NCBI GenBank assembly: GCA_951406725.2
Contig: OX597835.1
Span: forward strand, 13,888,001-13,952,000
Reading direction: 5' to 3'
Source: Octopus vulgaris
Lineage: Eukaryota
Length of the DNA stretch: 64,000 bases
A program made the translations under genes and the position numbers. Every line of letters starts with the position of its first letter. Position 1 is the stretch's first letter. The notes under the pieces were generated by a model that worked only from the letters and a program-made list of their open reading frames with translations, did not search any database and was not told the DNA's origin. Below are positions 15,105 to 25,219 of the stretch, piece after piece.

Positions 15105-15528
15105 CTATTTGAAAATGATTCCAGGCTTACCATCCCTACAGGAAGTGCAAAAAATCGTATTAACTGGAATGGCTCATGTACTGAGAAGAGCATTCATCCA
15201 TCCATCCATATTTTTATTTTTATTTTTATCTAGTTTCAGCTCACAAGCTGTGGCCATGCTGGGGCACCGCCATTTTAGAAAATATGGAATGCTTCACGAA
15301 TTTGCGTGTCATCCTTGCGCAGGGGCCATGCTAATCTTGTCTGTATCGTTCCAATTTTAGAATGTGTACCGCCGTGAATTTATTTATTTATTAATTTTTT
15401 AAATACATATTTTATCTGTGAATTTGCGCGTGTAATCTGGGAATGCATACAATGCCCTTCTCTGCCCTAGGTGTATGGAAAACACTCAGCGAGAAATGGA
15501 AGAAAATTTGAAGAAAGAAGGAAAAAAC

Positions 15529-15581
<53 letters not shown>

Positions 15582-15922
15582 GTAGTGGGGGAGCATCATA
15601 GCCATGTGTTGAGAGGGATTCTTTGGGGTTTGAATAATTCACCTCTGGAAACATGGGTGGTTCTTTCAACATCCTTAAACAACCCTTATTCAGGGACCTT
15701 TTGAGCAGGATGGGCTACTCAACCTGAAGAAAATTCTAACTGGGCCCCCACCTACAAGGTCATGTGCTGTTTATCTTGATATGAGATCACCATGTCGCGC
15801 ACATATGGTTGTGATGCATGTGCCTGGTGTACCCTTATCAGACGGGTAGTCATGATGGGTATACTGGGCTTTGTATATTTTACCCCAGTGTCACTTTGAT
15901 GGCATGAACTGCTCTCTCACTC

Positions 15923-15983
<61 letters not shown>

Positions 15984-17189
15984 GTAATGATGATAATGGT
16001 GGTGGTAAAAAGATTAATTTTTTTTTCTTACAGGTGTGTATAATAAATGATAGTTAAGAAAGGTATTTTTCTTCTTACCATGTGACTTTCTTTGCTGTGA
16101 ATGTCTATATAAACCCAAGTTTCGGTTGTATGGCCATCCCCATAGACATATTGCCACTGAAACAAATAACAGCAGTGAGGGAAATGAAAAAGACATTGAG
16201 GTGAAGAAAAAAAAATAACAGAAGAGAGGAAAAGAGAGGGTGAGAGAGAAGGAGAATGAGGAGATGAAACAAGTGTTGTTGTTGATGATGATGATGATGA
16301 TGATGAAGATAGTAGTGAGGGTGGTGGTGATATGGGTGTTGTTGTTGATGGTGGTGGTGGTGGTATGGGCGGTGGTGGTGGTGGTGATGGTGGTATTATG
16401 GGTGGTGGTGGTGGTGGCGGTATGGGTGGTGGTGGTATGGGTGGTGGTGGTATGGGTGGTGGTATGGGTGGTGGTATGGGTGGTGGTATGGGTGGTGGTA
16501 TGGGTGGTGGTGGTATGGGTGGTGGTGGTGGTATGGGTGGTGGTGGTGGTATGGGTGTTGTTGTTGTTGTTGGTGGTGGTATGGGTGGTGGTGGTGGTAT
16601 GGGTGGTGGTGGTGGTGATGGTATGGGTGGTGGTATTGGTGGTATGGGTGTTGGTGGCAGTGATGGTTTAATGTTGGTATTGTTGCTGCTCCTGTTGATG
16701 TCATTATCATCTTTGTTATTGTTGATGTCACCTCTGCCAGCCCTGACACCCATAACAACGACAACGACGATGATGATGATGATGATGATGATGATGAAGA
16801 GGATGATGGTGATTATCATGGTGGTGGTGGTGGTGGTGGTGGTGGTGGTGGTGGTGAAAATGGTTATGGTCAGTCATGATTGTATGACCAGACATTCCAC
16901 AAAATACAAACCAACTGTGGCCACATCCATTTTTGCCATTTAAAAACTCACTTTAACGATTTAATAACCCATTTTAACAACTAAAAAACTCCTTTTAACC
17001 ATTTAAAAAAACATACGATTGAACTCCAACAAAATTTTACTGTTTTGTATGTCTTATTTTGGTTAAAATGATTCTTTTCTACAAAGTAATTCTTACAGAA
17101 ACATTTCAATAAAACTTTGGAAGAAATTTGCTATTTGGGTAGAGACTGCTTATCTACATATATGACCATTGCTGGTCACTTTTTCAGTG

Positions 17190-17255
<66 letters not shown>

Positions 17256-17302
17256 CGAAGGGAGAAAGAAAAGAAAAAAGTAAAAGAGTTGTTGAGGAAG
17301 AA

Positions 17303-17340
<38 letters not shown>

Positions 17341-18428
17341 AGGTTTGGAGATGATGTACAGGTATTATATATTAGAAGAAATGGGGTGATCAGAAGATCG
17401 GATGGTTCATATTTATAGATATTTATTTATATATTACATTTTTTACATATATATATCATATCATTCAGATCATATCATTCGGATTATTAGTGCTTTCTCC
17501 CATTCCAGTGGGATTTTCAAATCAAATCAATATATATATATATATATATATAAATTAAATTAGAGATAAAACCACTATTAGGCAAATTAAACTGAAAAAC
17601 ATAAACCAAAACGTAAAAATAAATATAATTAATATAATATACAAAATATATCTATATATATAAAACTCTAGTTGTGTGAGTGTCTGTCCCCTTCGATTTA
17701 GATTCCTAACTCCTCCCACATTTTGCGGTGCAGTTTAACCAAATTCGGGTATCTTATAGTCGTGATTCATATCGAGCCCGTCTGACTATTAGCGCGCGTC
17801 AACGATGAGTCTACGATTTTAAAAATAATTTAACATAATTTTTTATTCCATTTTAATGCATAAAATGCATCGTGTGTCGATGGCGGCGGAGTTGGCGTCC
17901 ACGCTCACAGCTGCACCTGTTTGCTTCTCCCCCTTCCCTCCCTCGTGAAGCTGTGGGGAAGGGAGTGTAAAGAAATCAACGTCGTAATGCGTTGTGAAGG
18001 AAACCAGCGTTCTTTTAGAACAACGACTTCATGGCTTGAAGATACCAAAACAAAAATGGCTAAGAAAGCCCGAATTTATAAGGGAAGTAACTCTCTAAAA
18101 ATGCTTATATAGTTATTTCCCTTACAAACCCGAGCAACGCCGGGCGATACTGCTAGTAAAATATAAAATTTAAAATTAAATTATTTAAATTTAAAATTTT
18201 TAATTTATGAATTTATATTTTTTAAATTTAAATTTATAAATTTTTTAATATTTATATTTATTTATTTATTTATTTATTTATTTTTGTAAATAACTATCAA
18301 AGATGTATTAAAAAGTTTAATATAATAAGTAAAATCACTACGTACGTTTCATGGTCATAACCCAATTCGAATTACAATAATTTAAATTCACATCAAAAAT
18401 CTTGCAAAACTAATATATAAACGAAATA

Positions 18429-18463
<35 letters not shown>

Positions 18464-21400
18464 CCGCCCATTGATAAGAGACAATAATCTCGAAACCGCA
18501 GTCCGGTGCGTATCACTAAGGCTTACGAGGAAGGGATGGCTTCCCTTTGCAAATACCTGAAGGGCACAGAAAGTGTGTCTAAAGCCAGCTGGAGACGTCG
18601 ATCTCCTGGGGCTAAAAAGCTACAGTAACACCCCCACTTTGTGGTTAGCCATATTGAGATGGCTTTTATACTTTACGTTGTTGAGCGGTTACTGTTTACA
18701 TCTCACTCTGAGATTTAATAATGCTTATAAATATATTATTTATATTATATACATACACACACAAGGATGAATGAAACTGATTCTAATTTAGGCACAAAAC
18801 CACCAATACTTTGAAAAGTGGGGTTTGGTTAATTTAATCTGCCCCAGTATTTGTCTGGTACTTCACTTTATCAACACCAGAGGGATGAAAATGGACCATG
18901 GTAGAATTTGAACTCATAATATAATGATTAATAACAAATACTGCCACCCGCTTCTTCTGCCAATCAACTGCTCTTATATATAATGATATAATGTAATCTT
19001 TATATATAAAATTGAGGTTGTGTGCTGTCTGTCTCCTACGATTTAGATTCCTAACTACTCCCACATTTTGCGGTGCAGTTTAACCAAAACCGGGTATCTT
19101 CTAGTCGTGATTCATATCGAGCCCTTCGGGGTATTAGCGCGCGTCTACGATGAGTCTACGATTTAAAAAAAAATTTACCATCAATTTTTCCCATTTTTAA
19201 AGCATTTTTGGCATATATAAGGGAAGTAACTCTCTAAAAATTTATTATTAAATCTCAGAACGTAAAAAGTTACAGTAACACCCCCCCCCCCCTTTGTGGT
19301 TAGCCATATTGAGATGGTTATTATACTTTATATCTCTAAAAATGCTTATATAGTTATTTCCCTTACAAACCCGAGCAATGCTGGGCGATACTGCTAGTGT
19401 AATATATAATATTTTTAAAGATATATTTTCAACTCACCATGTGCACATAGCCATAAAGTGGGCCCCACAAATCGATTCGTGCTTCCCATCGTTCAGCCTC
19501 AGAATGATCAAAGGAGAAGTTGCCACATCCCCTCAGGTTCTTATAGTCATAAGACACAGCCATCGCTCTCTCCATTACACTTGCAGGTCCGTAAAGACAC
19601 AGATTATAATCTCGCATTTTTCTTCTATCATCTCCGCGGTCTTCAAAGTAACCAAACTTGCCACTCATGTCTCCCATGGGATATTGACTTGGAGATCCTT
19701 GTCCAACTGAGGGTAAACTCTCTGGAGGAATGTTAAAAGGGTTCCAAATTGATGAAAGTGCTGTCTTGGAGCAGGATTGATGACTATCTTCAACTGCAGG
19801 ATTAGAATAAATTGCCCAAGAATTTATCCCTTTATTTAAGCCATTCATATTCATATTGATCATGGGCGCATCGAACTCAGTTTCTTGTGTAAAGGTTATT
19901 CTACCTTGAAGCTGAGTTTTAGTATCTATCAGGTGCGGCATTGTGGCTCGGTAAGGGATGTGGCGGTAGATTGTTGCACATGCAAGTCTGTTCTGTCTGT
20001 TTATATCAAATATAACAACAGAAGTTCCTTCTACACTGTAGGGTCCATGGAGTGGCAAAAAAGTTGTTGTCATGAACGTCTTCTTGGCTGGTTGCCGTTT
20101 AGCGCCAGATCGAATTTGTATTCCTCCCAGTCGTTTCGTTGTATCACCGACTGCACAATGAAAACCACGTTCTCTGATACAGGTTTCATTATATTGTCCA
20201 TCTAGACGGAGATTAAAAGGGTTGTACACATTCCCTGTTGAACTGCATCTTCGAGCACTGTCCTTGTCATTCCAATCACTTGATCTCCGTTCTGCAATTT
20301 TCCATTCATGATCTGAAGTTGGTCCAGACCCATCACTGTAATCAAGTTCAAAATAGATCGATGTGTCTGACATGGCATCGGATTTACTTTGTCTCAGCAT
20401 CATATAACCAATCACGGGGTACCAAAATCTTGCCATAAGAATCACTGTGTCTTCTGGATAGTTAACATTGGCACAAAACCAGCGACTACCATCTGTTCTG
20501 TGTACAACAAAAGATCGTCCAATGATGCTATATTCTTCAAACAGGGGTAAGTTCCAGTCCCAATATACTTCTGAGAAGCTGTCACGACCATTCAACTTAC
20601 CAAATTTCCCACTCAAATCACCAACTTCATATTGGTCATTAGTACCGTTTCCTGGTGGTGGTGATTCACTTTTTTTCACTTGGAAAGGATTCCAGTGACC
20701 AGCAATTTCATCGTTTGAACATTGGTCATTTAGTGAAATGCGTTGCGGAACAGGATATACATGTATATGGTAAGCGGAAGCACGATCATTGAGATCGTTG
20801 AAGTTCACGTGAAGAATTGTTGGATCGTATGGTGAATCTTGTTCAAAACGCACATAACCATAAGCTCCATCACCATCAAAGTTGACCTGTGCTGTCTTAT
20901 GTGTGTATTCTTGGATAAAACTACAAGCAATCACTTCATCGCTTTTGTCAACAATTCCAATCCATTTACCAATAATGTTGTCAGTACCAGTCAACCATAC
21001 ATTTGGTTCCACCCAAGCGTCTCTGGCATCATATGGTAAATTACCAACAGGTAACATGGGTAGGTTCTCCACCCTATTTTGGGGTTGGTAACGAGTTTTC
21101 AGGGAACGACACATGGTAGCAGATTCTATGCTGCTAGCTGGCTGGAAGAAATACCATTTATAAGAAGCGCGTTTCTGGTTTCCTGAGGCCATGTAGAACA
21201 AATCTGAGTAAATAGTTGTATAATTAGATTGCTTATGCTGCCGGAAAATAATACGACCACCTATGGAATTTTGAAGACGTGCATAGGCTGTTACATGACG
21301 CCCTTTAAACATAATAGTTGCACAGGCTGGGTCTTTTCCAGACCGGTTAGGCTTTAGAAGCAGTGTGTAACCTGAAGTAGAAGAAAAAAATTTTAATTTA

Positions 21401-21913
21401 GCGTTTGGAGTAAAAGAGACCAATCAAATAAAATTAAATCCAAATCCAAATCAACAAAAAAGATAATGAGTATAAAGGCATGTTATTTATTGGGCTCAGT
21501 GGTTAGAGCATTGAGCTTACTATCGTGAGGTTGTGAGTTCGAATCCCGGACCGGGCTGCGTGTTGTGCTCTTGAGCAAGACACTTTATTTCACATTGCTC
21601 CAGTTCACTCAGCTGTAGAAATGAGTTGCGACGTCACAGGTGCCAAGCTGTATCGGCCCTTGTCTTTCCCTTGGATAACACTGGTGGCGTGGAGAGGGGA
21701 GGCTGGTATGCATGGGCGACTGCTGGTCTTCCATAAACAACCTTGCCCGGACTTGTGTCTAGGAGAGTAACTTTCTAGGTGCAATCCCATGGTCATTCAT
21801 GACCGAAGGGGGTCTTTACCCTTACCCTTAATTAACGGGGATATATTTTTTCATGTTTATACAACAGTTACATATATACATATGCGTGTGTGTGTGCATG
21901 TGTGTGGATATAC

Positions 21914-21948
<35 letters not shown>

Positions 21949-23571
21949 CCAAAATTGAAAGAAGCGCATCGCATATATGTAAGTATGTATTTGTGTGTCT
22001 GTGTTTGTCCGCCCCCACCATCACTTCACAATTGATATTGGTGTGTTTACGTCCCCGTAGCAGTTTGGCAAAAGAGACCAATAGAATAAGTACTAGGCTT
22101 ACAAAGTCCTAGGGCCAATTTGTTCAACTAAAGACAGTGCTACAGCATGGCCTCAGTCAACTGACCGAAACAAGTAAAAGAATAAAAGAATATGTTGTTT
22201 GACACGTAAAAGCACCGTCCGTTCGTGGCCGTTTGCCAGCTCTGTCTGGCCCCGTGTCGGTGGCACGTAAAAGCACCATCCGTTCGTGTTCGTTGCCAGC
22301 CTCGGCTGGCCCCCGTGCCGGTGACACGTAAAAGCACCGTCCGTTCGTGGCCGTTTGCCAGCTCTGTCTGGCACCTGTGCAGGTGGCACGTAAAAAACAC
22401 CCACTACACTCGCGGAGTGGTTGGCGTTAGGAAGGGCATCCAGCCGTAGAAACACTGCCAAATCTGACTGGGCCTGATGCAGCCTTCTGGCTTCACAGAC
22501 CCCAGTTAAACCGTCCAACCCATGCTAGCATGGAAAACGGATGCTAAATGATGATGATGATGATATCAATTAAGGGGTAAGACAAAATTCAAAGAATTCC
22601 CTATCCTTAAAGCAAAGGAAAAACAGGAGGGGACAAAAATAAATAATAAAATAAAGAATAGATCACAAACCTAGAATTCCGTTTAAGCCCCAAAGGTTAA
22701 CTGTACGTGCAGTACTTTGTTCTTCATTGCCAAGAGTAACAGTTCCGGTTTCGGATGTAAACCTGGAATAATTATGCAAAGAAAGCCTTCATATTGTTAT
22801 TGAACTGAAGCATGTCATTAAGTAAAATTAATCTAATTACATTAAGTTAAATCAAGTAATTAATTTCATAATGGCGTTCTGTTAAGACACCATTGATAAC
22901 GAATGTAATGTGGTGTGTTGGTCATGGAGTTTGTTTTATATCAACTGGGAAATATTTTTCAGAAAATGTTTTCTTCCACACTTACTGTCTTTTACTACAT
23001 CTTTGACAGCATATAACTACTAACAAGACATTTGTTAGCCGCTCTCCAGCCATCTATTTAAAACTGTATACAGCTATAGTACGACCACACTTGGAATTCG
23101 CATCATCAGTTTGGAACCCCTATCTTGCTCAGAACATTGACCTCCTGGAATCTGTCCAGAGACGTGCAACCAAACGCATACCCTCCATCAGACACCTACC
23201 ATATTCTGAGCGCCTTGTTTCCCTGGGCATGGATTCACTGAAGCTCCGGCGTCTGGCGAAGGACTTGGTAAACACCCACAAAGTTAACAACCACCTCACC
23301 AACAACAACACTGAACACCTTTTTGATCTCCATGTGTCTAACACACGTGGACATGCCTACAAAGTCAGAAAACAACACAGCTCCCATGACTTTCGGAAAC
23401 ATTTCTTCACGCTCAGAGTTGCTGAAGCATGGAATAAACTGCCTGCGTCAGTTGTTGACTGCCATGACACTGCATCCTTTAAGGCCCTCATGCTTTCCGA
23501 AATCCGCCGAAACTACACCTGATTATATATACACTTTAGATGAGTTGTAGTGCACCTGAGCACTGTACACA

Positions 23572-23609
<38 letters not shown>

Positions 23610-25048
23610 TACCATATACATGTGCGTGTGTGAGAGAGGTTTGGTAAAATATGTTAAGCGATGTCAATAAATAAAAGCATAAAGAAAAAGACATTGTATT
23701 TTCTTACAGAGGTTATTTAACAATCCTACAATATTTCAGGGAAGAGTCCCCTTTTCAAACAAAAGAAAGAAAATAATCAAAGCCTTTCGAGAAATGTTGT
23801 TAATGATAGGGATTCCAGTTTGTTGTGATGAGACACTTTTGAACTCGGAATGCACAGAGCTGGAACAGACAGTGCAAAGCATCTTTCCTGATCCTTAACA
23901 ATTCTGCCAATCTACCCACTGGATTAGTTCCCAACTTTTATTGATTTCAAAAGGATTAAAAACAAGGTTTATTGTGTTGGAATTCAACTCAGAGCACATA
24001 AAATTAATAAAAATATCACTGGGACACTTTCTAGTACTCTAATGATTCTGCTAATAGTTTTTTCCTGCAGCGGGCATCGTCCTTATGTAATTGCTCCAGT
24101 CACAGTTTTATGAATCTTTACGCTCATACATGACTCTTAACACCATTATATAAAGGGCAGCCGTGGCAGTGTGGTAAGAAGTTGACTTCCCAACTACATG
24201 GTTGTGGGTCAATCCCACTGCGTGGCACCTTGGGCAGGTTTCTTCTACTATAGTCTCAGGCCAACCAAAGCTTTGAAAACTAGCTCTGTGCATTCTGAGT
24301 TCAAAAGTGTCTCATCACAACAAACTGGAATCCCTATCATTAACAACATTTCTCGAAGGGCTTTGATAATTTTCTTTCTTTTGTTTGAAAAGGGGACTCT
24401 TCCCTGAAATATTGTAGGATTGTTAAATAACCTCTGTAAGATAATACAATGTCTTTTTCTTTATGCTTTTATTTATTGACATCGCTTAACATATTTTGCC
24501 AAACTTCTCACCTGTGTAGCTGTAGGAGTTCAGCAAATGAGATTGATAAAATGAATAGTTGGCTACAAAGCAAAAACAATACTGGTCTTGAATCATTCAA
24601 ATAAAATACTTGAAGGCAGTACTCCAGCATGGTCTGAAGCAAGTAAGCGATAAAGGATAAAAGATAGCTGTTTGTTAAGTTTATAATTCACATCTAATTC
24701 AAATTTAATGCCCTTCAACATTGAAATTTTTATCAGTTTTTTCAAACACATTTCATTTCTAAACTTGCTTCAGATAATATACAGGATAGGACAAAAAAAC
24801 AAAACCAGGAATTATAACTTACCTTTCTCCAATATAGCGTTCACTGCATTTATCTACTTCACGGTAATCTGTTAAATAGCGATGGAATTCCCATGTATAT
24901 TTGTCCTGCATACCATCAGTGCTATTTAATTTAAACACCATAGCAACACCATCACCATCCCTTGGTTCTGTGAAGATTACTTCGCCACGAACATATTCCA
25001 TATCAAAGGTGGCAATCAGATATGGCTCATAAGCGGTTGTCGGAGAGA
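2891..25048 (-). CDS. cusr: Multi-exon gene: Cu-only superoxide dismutase repeat protein (CSRP/cusr/Rsod-like), predicted GPI-anchored; 5' end unresolved
   Basis: Ten exons join in frame with matching intron phases and end at TGA 2893-2891. The translation contains repeated SOD-fold motifs (W/HxH, C...NPF, GDLSGKFG, LPL.G..S..GRS, CA.I) and a hydrophobic C-terminus. Family assignment is from motif recognition, not a search. Confidence 0.88.
4087..4194 (-). CDS. cusr: CSRP exon, phase 1 to 1
   Basis: attttcag acceptor, G|gtaatt donor. Encodes GDREYNPLFWKAKYLEALNKKNPELNPYYPDFCNSS. Confidence 0.75.
6871..6983 (-). CDS. cusr: CSRP exon, phase 2 to 1
   Basis: tttctttcccag acceptor, G|gtaagt donor. 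Encodes VELINTVAKALRTEAWHLSVEPMNLQNDCRTLKLYFL. Confidence 0.82.
7346..7566. mobile_element. piggyBac-type MITE
   Basis: TIR CCCTTTCATTAC / GTAATGAAAGGG, flanked by TTAG and TTAA. A second copy lies at 8521-8738. Confidence 0.8.
8521..8738. mobile_element. piggyBac-type MITE
   Basis: TTAA|CCCTT...AAAGGG|TTAA, homologous to 7346-7566. Confidence 0.85.
8830..9218 (+). mobile_element. RTE-like LINE 3' fragment
   Basis: Remnants of SNEE...QLRFLGHVMRK, frameshifted. Confidence 0.55.
9220..9612 (+). mobile_element. Non-autonomous Helitron
   Basis: A|TC start (TCTTTATATATAAAA), 3' GC hairpin CCCGAGCAACGCCGGG, CTAG|T end, no TSD. Confidence 0.85.
9880..10006 (-). CDS. cusr: CSRP exon, phase 1 to 2
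   Basis: gtttttccag acceptor, AA|gtaatt donor. Encodes VYGRSFVFFSENQGEKIMSCADIYP...PFDK, completing the last SOD module. Confidence 0.88.
10098..10372. repeat. Near-perfect spacer-less palindrome of about 275 bp
   Basis: Arms ATAGAATGGTTGTATACTGTC... and ...GACAGTATACAACCATTCTAT, centred on TATACGTATA at about 10232. Confidence 0.95.
10915..11471 (+). mobile_element. Non-LTR retrotransposon 3' UTR with (TAA)n tail; shorter copy at 15580-15922
   Basis: The two copies share the right end (...CTCACTC then (AAT)n) and differ at the left end, which indicates 5' truncation. Confidence 0.65.
11472..11883. repeat. Compound (AAT)n(GAA)n(CAA)n microsatellite
   Basis: Seen directly; about 100 GAA units. 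Confidence 0.97.
12054..12195 (-). CDS. cusr: CSRP exon, phase 0 to 1, followed by a GC donor
   Basis: tttctcttttag acceptor. Encodes NGYGECDVSNQERCAVGDLSAKHD...VDRNLPLFGEWS. Donor CAG|gcaagt. Confidence 0.88.
13107..13301 (-). CDS. cusr: CSRP exon, phase 0 to 0
   Basis: ttctttctag acceptor, AAC|gtaaga donor. 65 codons, TKNHKWRIYSNP...SCSRIGKLYNPFDVNTN (SOD C...NPF motif). Confidence 0.88.
13625..14340 (+). mobile_element. R4/Dong-clade LINE fragment, internally deleted, in a (TAA)n tract
   Basis: W.EKPLHGKY...ADVD..QT..WL.SSG...E.EG and IPVIVGALG.I...IPG...LQEVQK..L.GT.HILRRAL. Flanked by (TAA)n on both sides. Confidence 0.8.
14470..14822 (+). mobile_element. R4/Dong-clade LINE 3' fragment (second family)
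   Basis: KEMEKLSKYKDLEIEVTRMW.LKT..IPIIVGALG...QKIALLGTAHILR, a restriction-like endonuclease C-terminus. (TAA)n flanks. Confidence 0.8.
15279..15374 (-). pseudogene. U6: U6 snRNA retrocopy/pseudogene
   Basis: Minus strand reads CTAAAATTGGAACGATACAGACAAGATTAGCATGGCCCCTGCGCAAGGATGACACGCAAATTCGTGAAGCATTCCATATTTT, which is the U6 core. The ACAGAGA box is mutated to ACAGACA and about 10 nt are missing at the 5' end. Confidence 0.92.
16079..16156 (-). CDS. cusr: CSRP exon, phase 0 to 0
   Basis: tttgtttcag acceptor, ATG|gtaaga donor. Encodes WQYVYGDGHTTETWVYIDIHSKESHM. Confidence 0.8.
16273..16856. repeat. Intronic (GGT)n/(GGTATG)/(GAT)n low-complexity tract
   Basis: Seen directly. Lies in the CSRP intron just 5' (on the transcript) of exon 16156-16079. 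Confidence 0.9.
17651..18156 (+). mobile_element. Non-autonomous Helitron, variant with a different internal segment
   Basis: Same TC and CTAG termini and hairpin as 9220-9612. Segment about 17860-18075 is not found in the other copies. Confidence 0.85.
18997..19397 (+). mobile_element. Non-autonomous Helitron
   Basis: Same family. Ends 40 bp from the donor site of the large CSRP exon. Confidence 0.85.
19438..21371 (-). CDS. cusr: CSRP large exon (1934 nt), phase 1 to 0, covering about four SOD-like modules
   Basis: Lies within the 664-aa ORF. ttcttctacttcag acceptor, ATG|gtgagt donor. Contains YHIH, GHWNP, YEVGDLSGKFG, IIGRSFVVH and RWFCANV. Confidence 0.95.
21492..21829 (+). mobile_element. 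tRNA-derived SINE family 3
   Basis: GGCTCAGTGGTTAGAGC...GAGTTCGAATCCCG head, CTTGAGCAAGACACTT core, (TTACCC) tail. Homologous copy at 45975-46243. Confidence 0.85.
22196..22563 (+). mobile_element. Retroelement 3' tail with internal tandem repeats and (TGA)n end (also 5899-6090, 12860-13085, 27505-27721 -, 30545-30830 -, 47424-47608 -)
   Basis: The conserved block GGTTGGCGTTAGGAAGGGCATCCAGC...CATGCTAGCATGGAAAACGGAC..TAAATGATGATG recurs with variable 5' ends. Confidence 0.8.
22671..22762 (-). CDS. cusr: CSRP exon, phase 2 to 1 (92 nt, not in ORF track)
   Basis: ttattccag acceptor, AG|gtttgt donor. Encodes RFTSETGTVTLGNEEQSTARTVNLWGLNGILG and exactly bridges the phase mismatch between its neighbours. 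Confidence 0.85.
23030..23610 (+). mobile_element. CR1/L2-group LINE 3' end
   Basis: LY..IVRPHLEFASSVWNPY...LESVQRRATK...TRGH..K...R.HFF..RV...WN.LP, followed by a (TTA)n tail. Confidence 0.88.
23634..24509. repeat. Inverted duplication with 228-bp arms (23634-23861 and 24282-24509)
   Basis: The arms are reverse complements with only a few mismatches. Confidence 0.95.
24823..25048 (-). CDS. cusr: CSRP exon (first identified), phase 1 to 2
   Basis: Acceptor tttttatctgcag, donor AG|gtaagt. Encodes SPTTAYEPYLIATFDMEYVRGEVIF...WEFHRYLTDY...C..IGE. An in-frame ATG at 25070 is an alternative start. Confidence 0.85.
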
Positions 25049-25164
25049 CTGCAGATAAAAATGAGAACATTGGATGACTTTCTATTAAAAACTTTATTTT
25101 CAGTGGTTAATTTTTAAAAAAGCTTTCAGTTTTTACTGTCAAATTCATATAAAATTATACAGTT

Positions 25165-25219
<55 letters not shown>

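Noticed and set aside
15279-15374. Functional U6 gene
   Set aside because: The ACAGAGA box is mutated, the 5' stem is truncated, there is no recognisable upstream promoter, and it is fused to a retroelement tail.
16028-16943. Gly/Met-rich (GGGM) 203-aa ORF and Pro-rich 263-aa ORF resembling structural proteins
   Set aside because: They are translations of a GGT/GAT trinucleotide tract inside a CSRP intron that is open in several frames. Only 16079-16156 is supported as an exon.
21492-21570. tRNA gene
   Set aside because: The tRNA-like head continues into a SINE body and has no proper acceptor stem or terminator.
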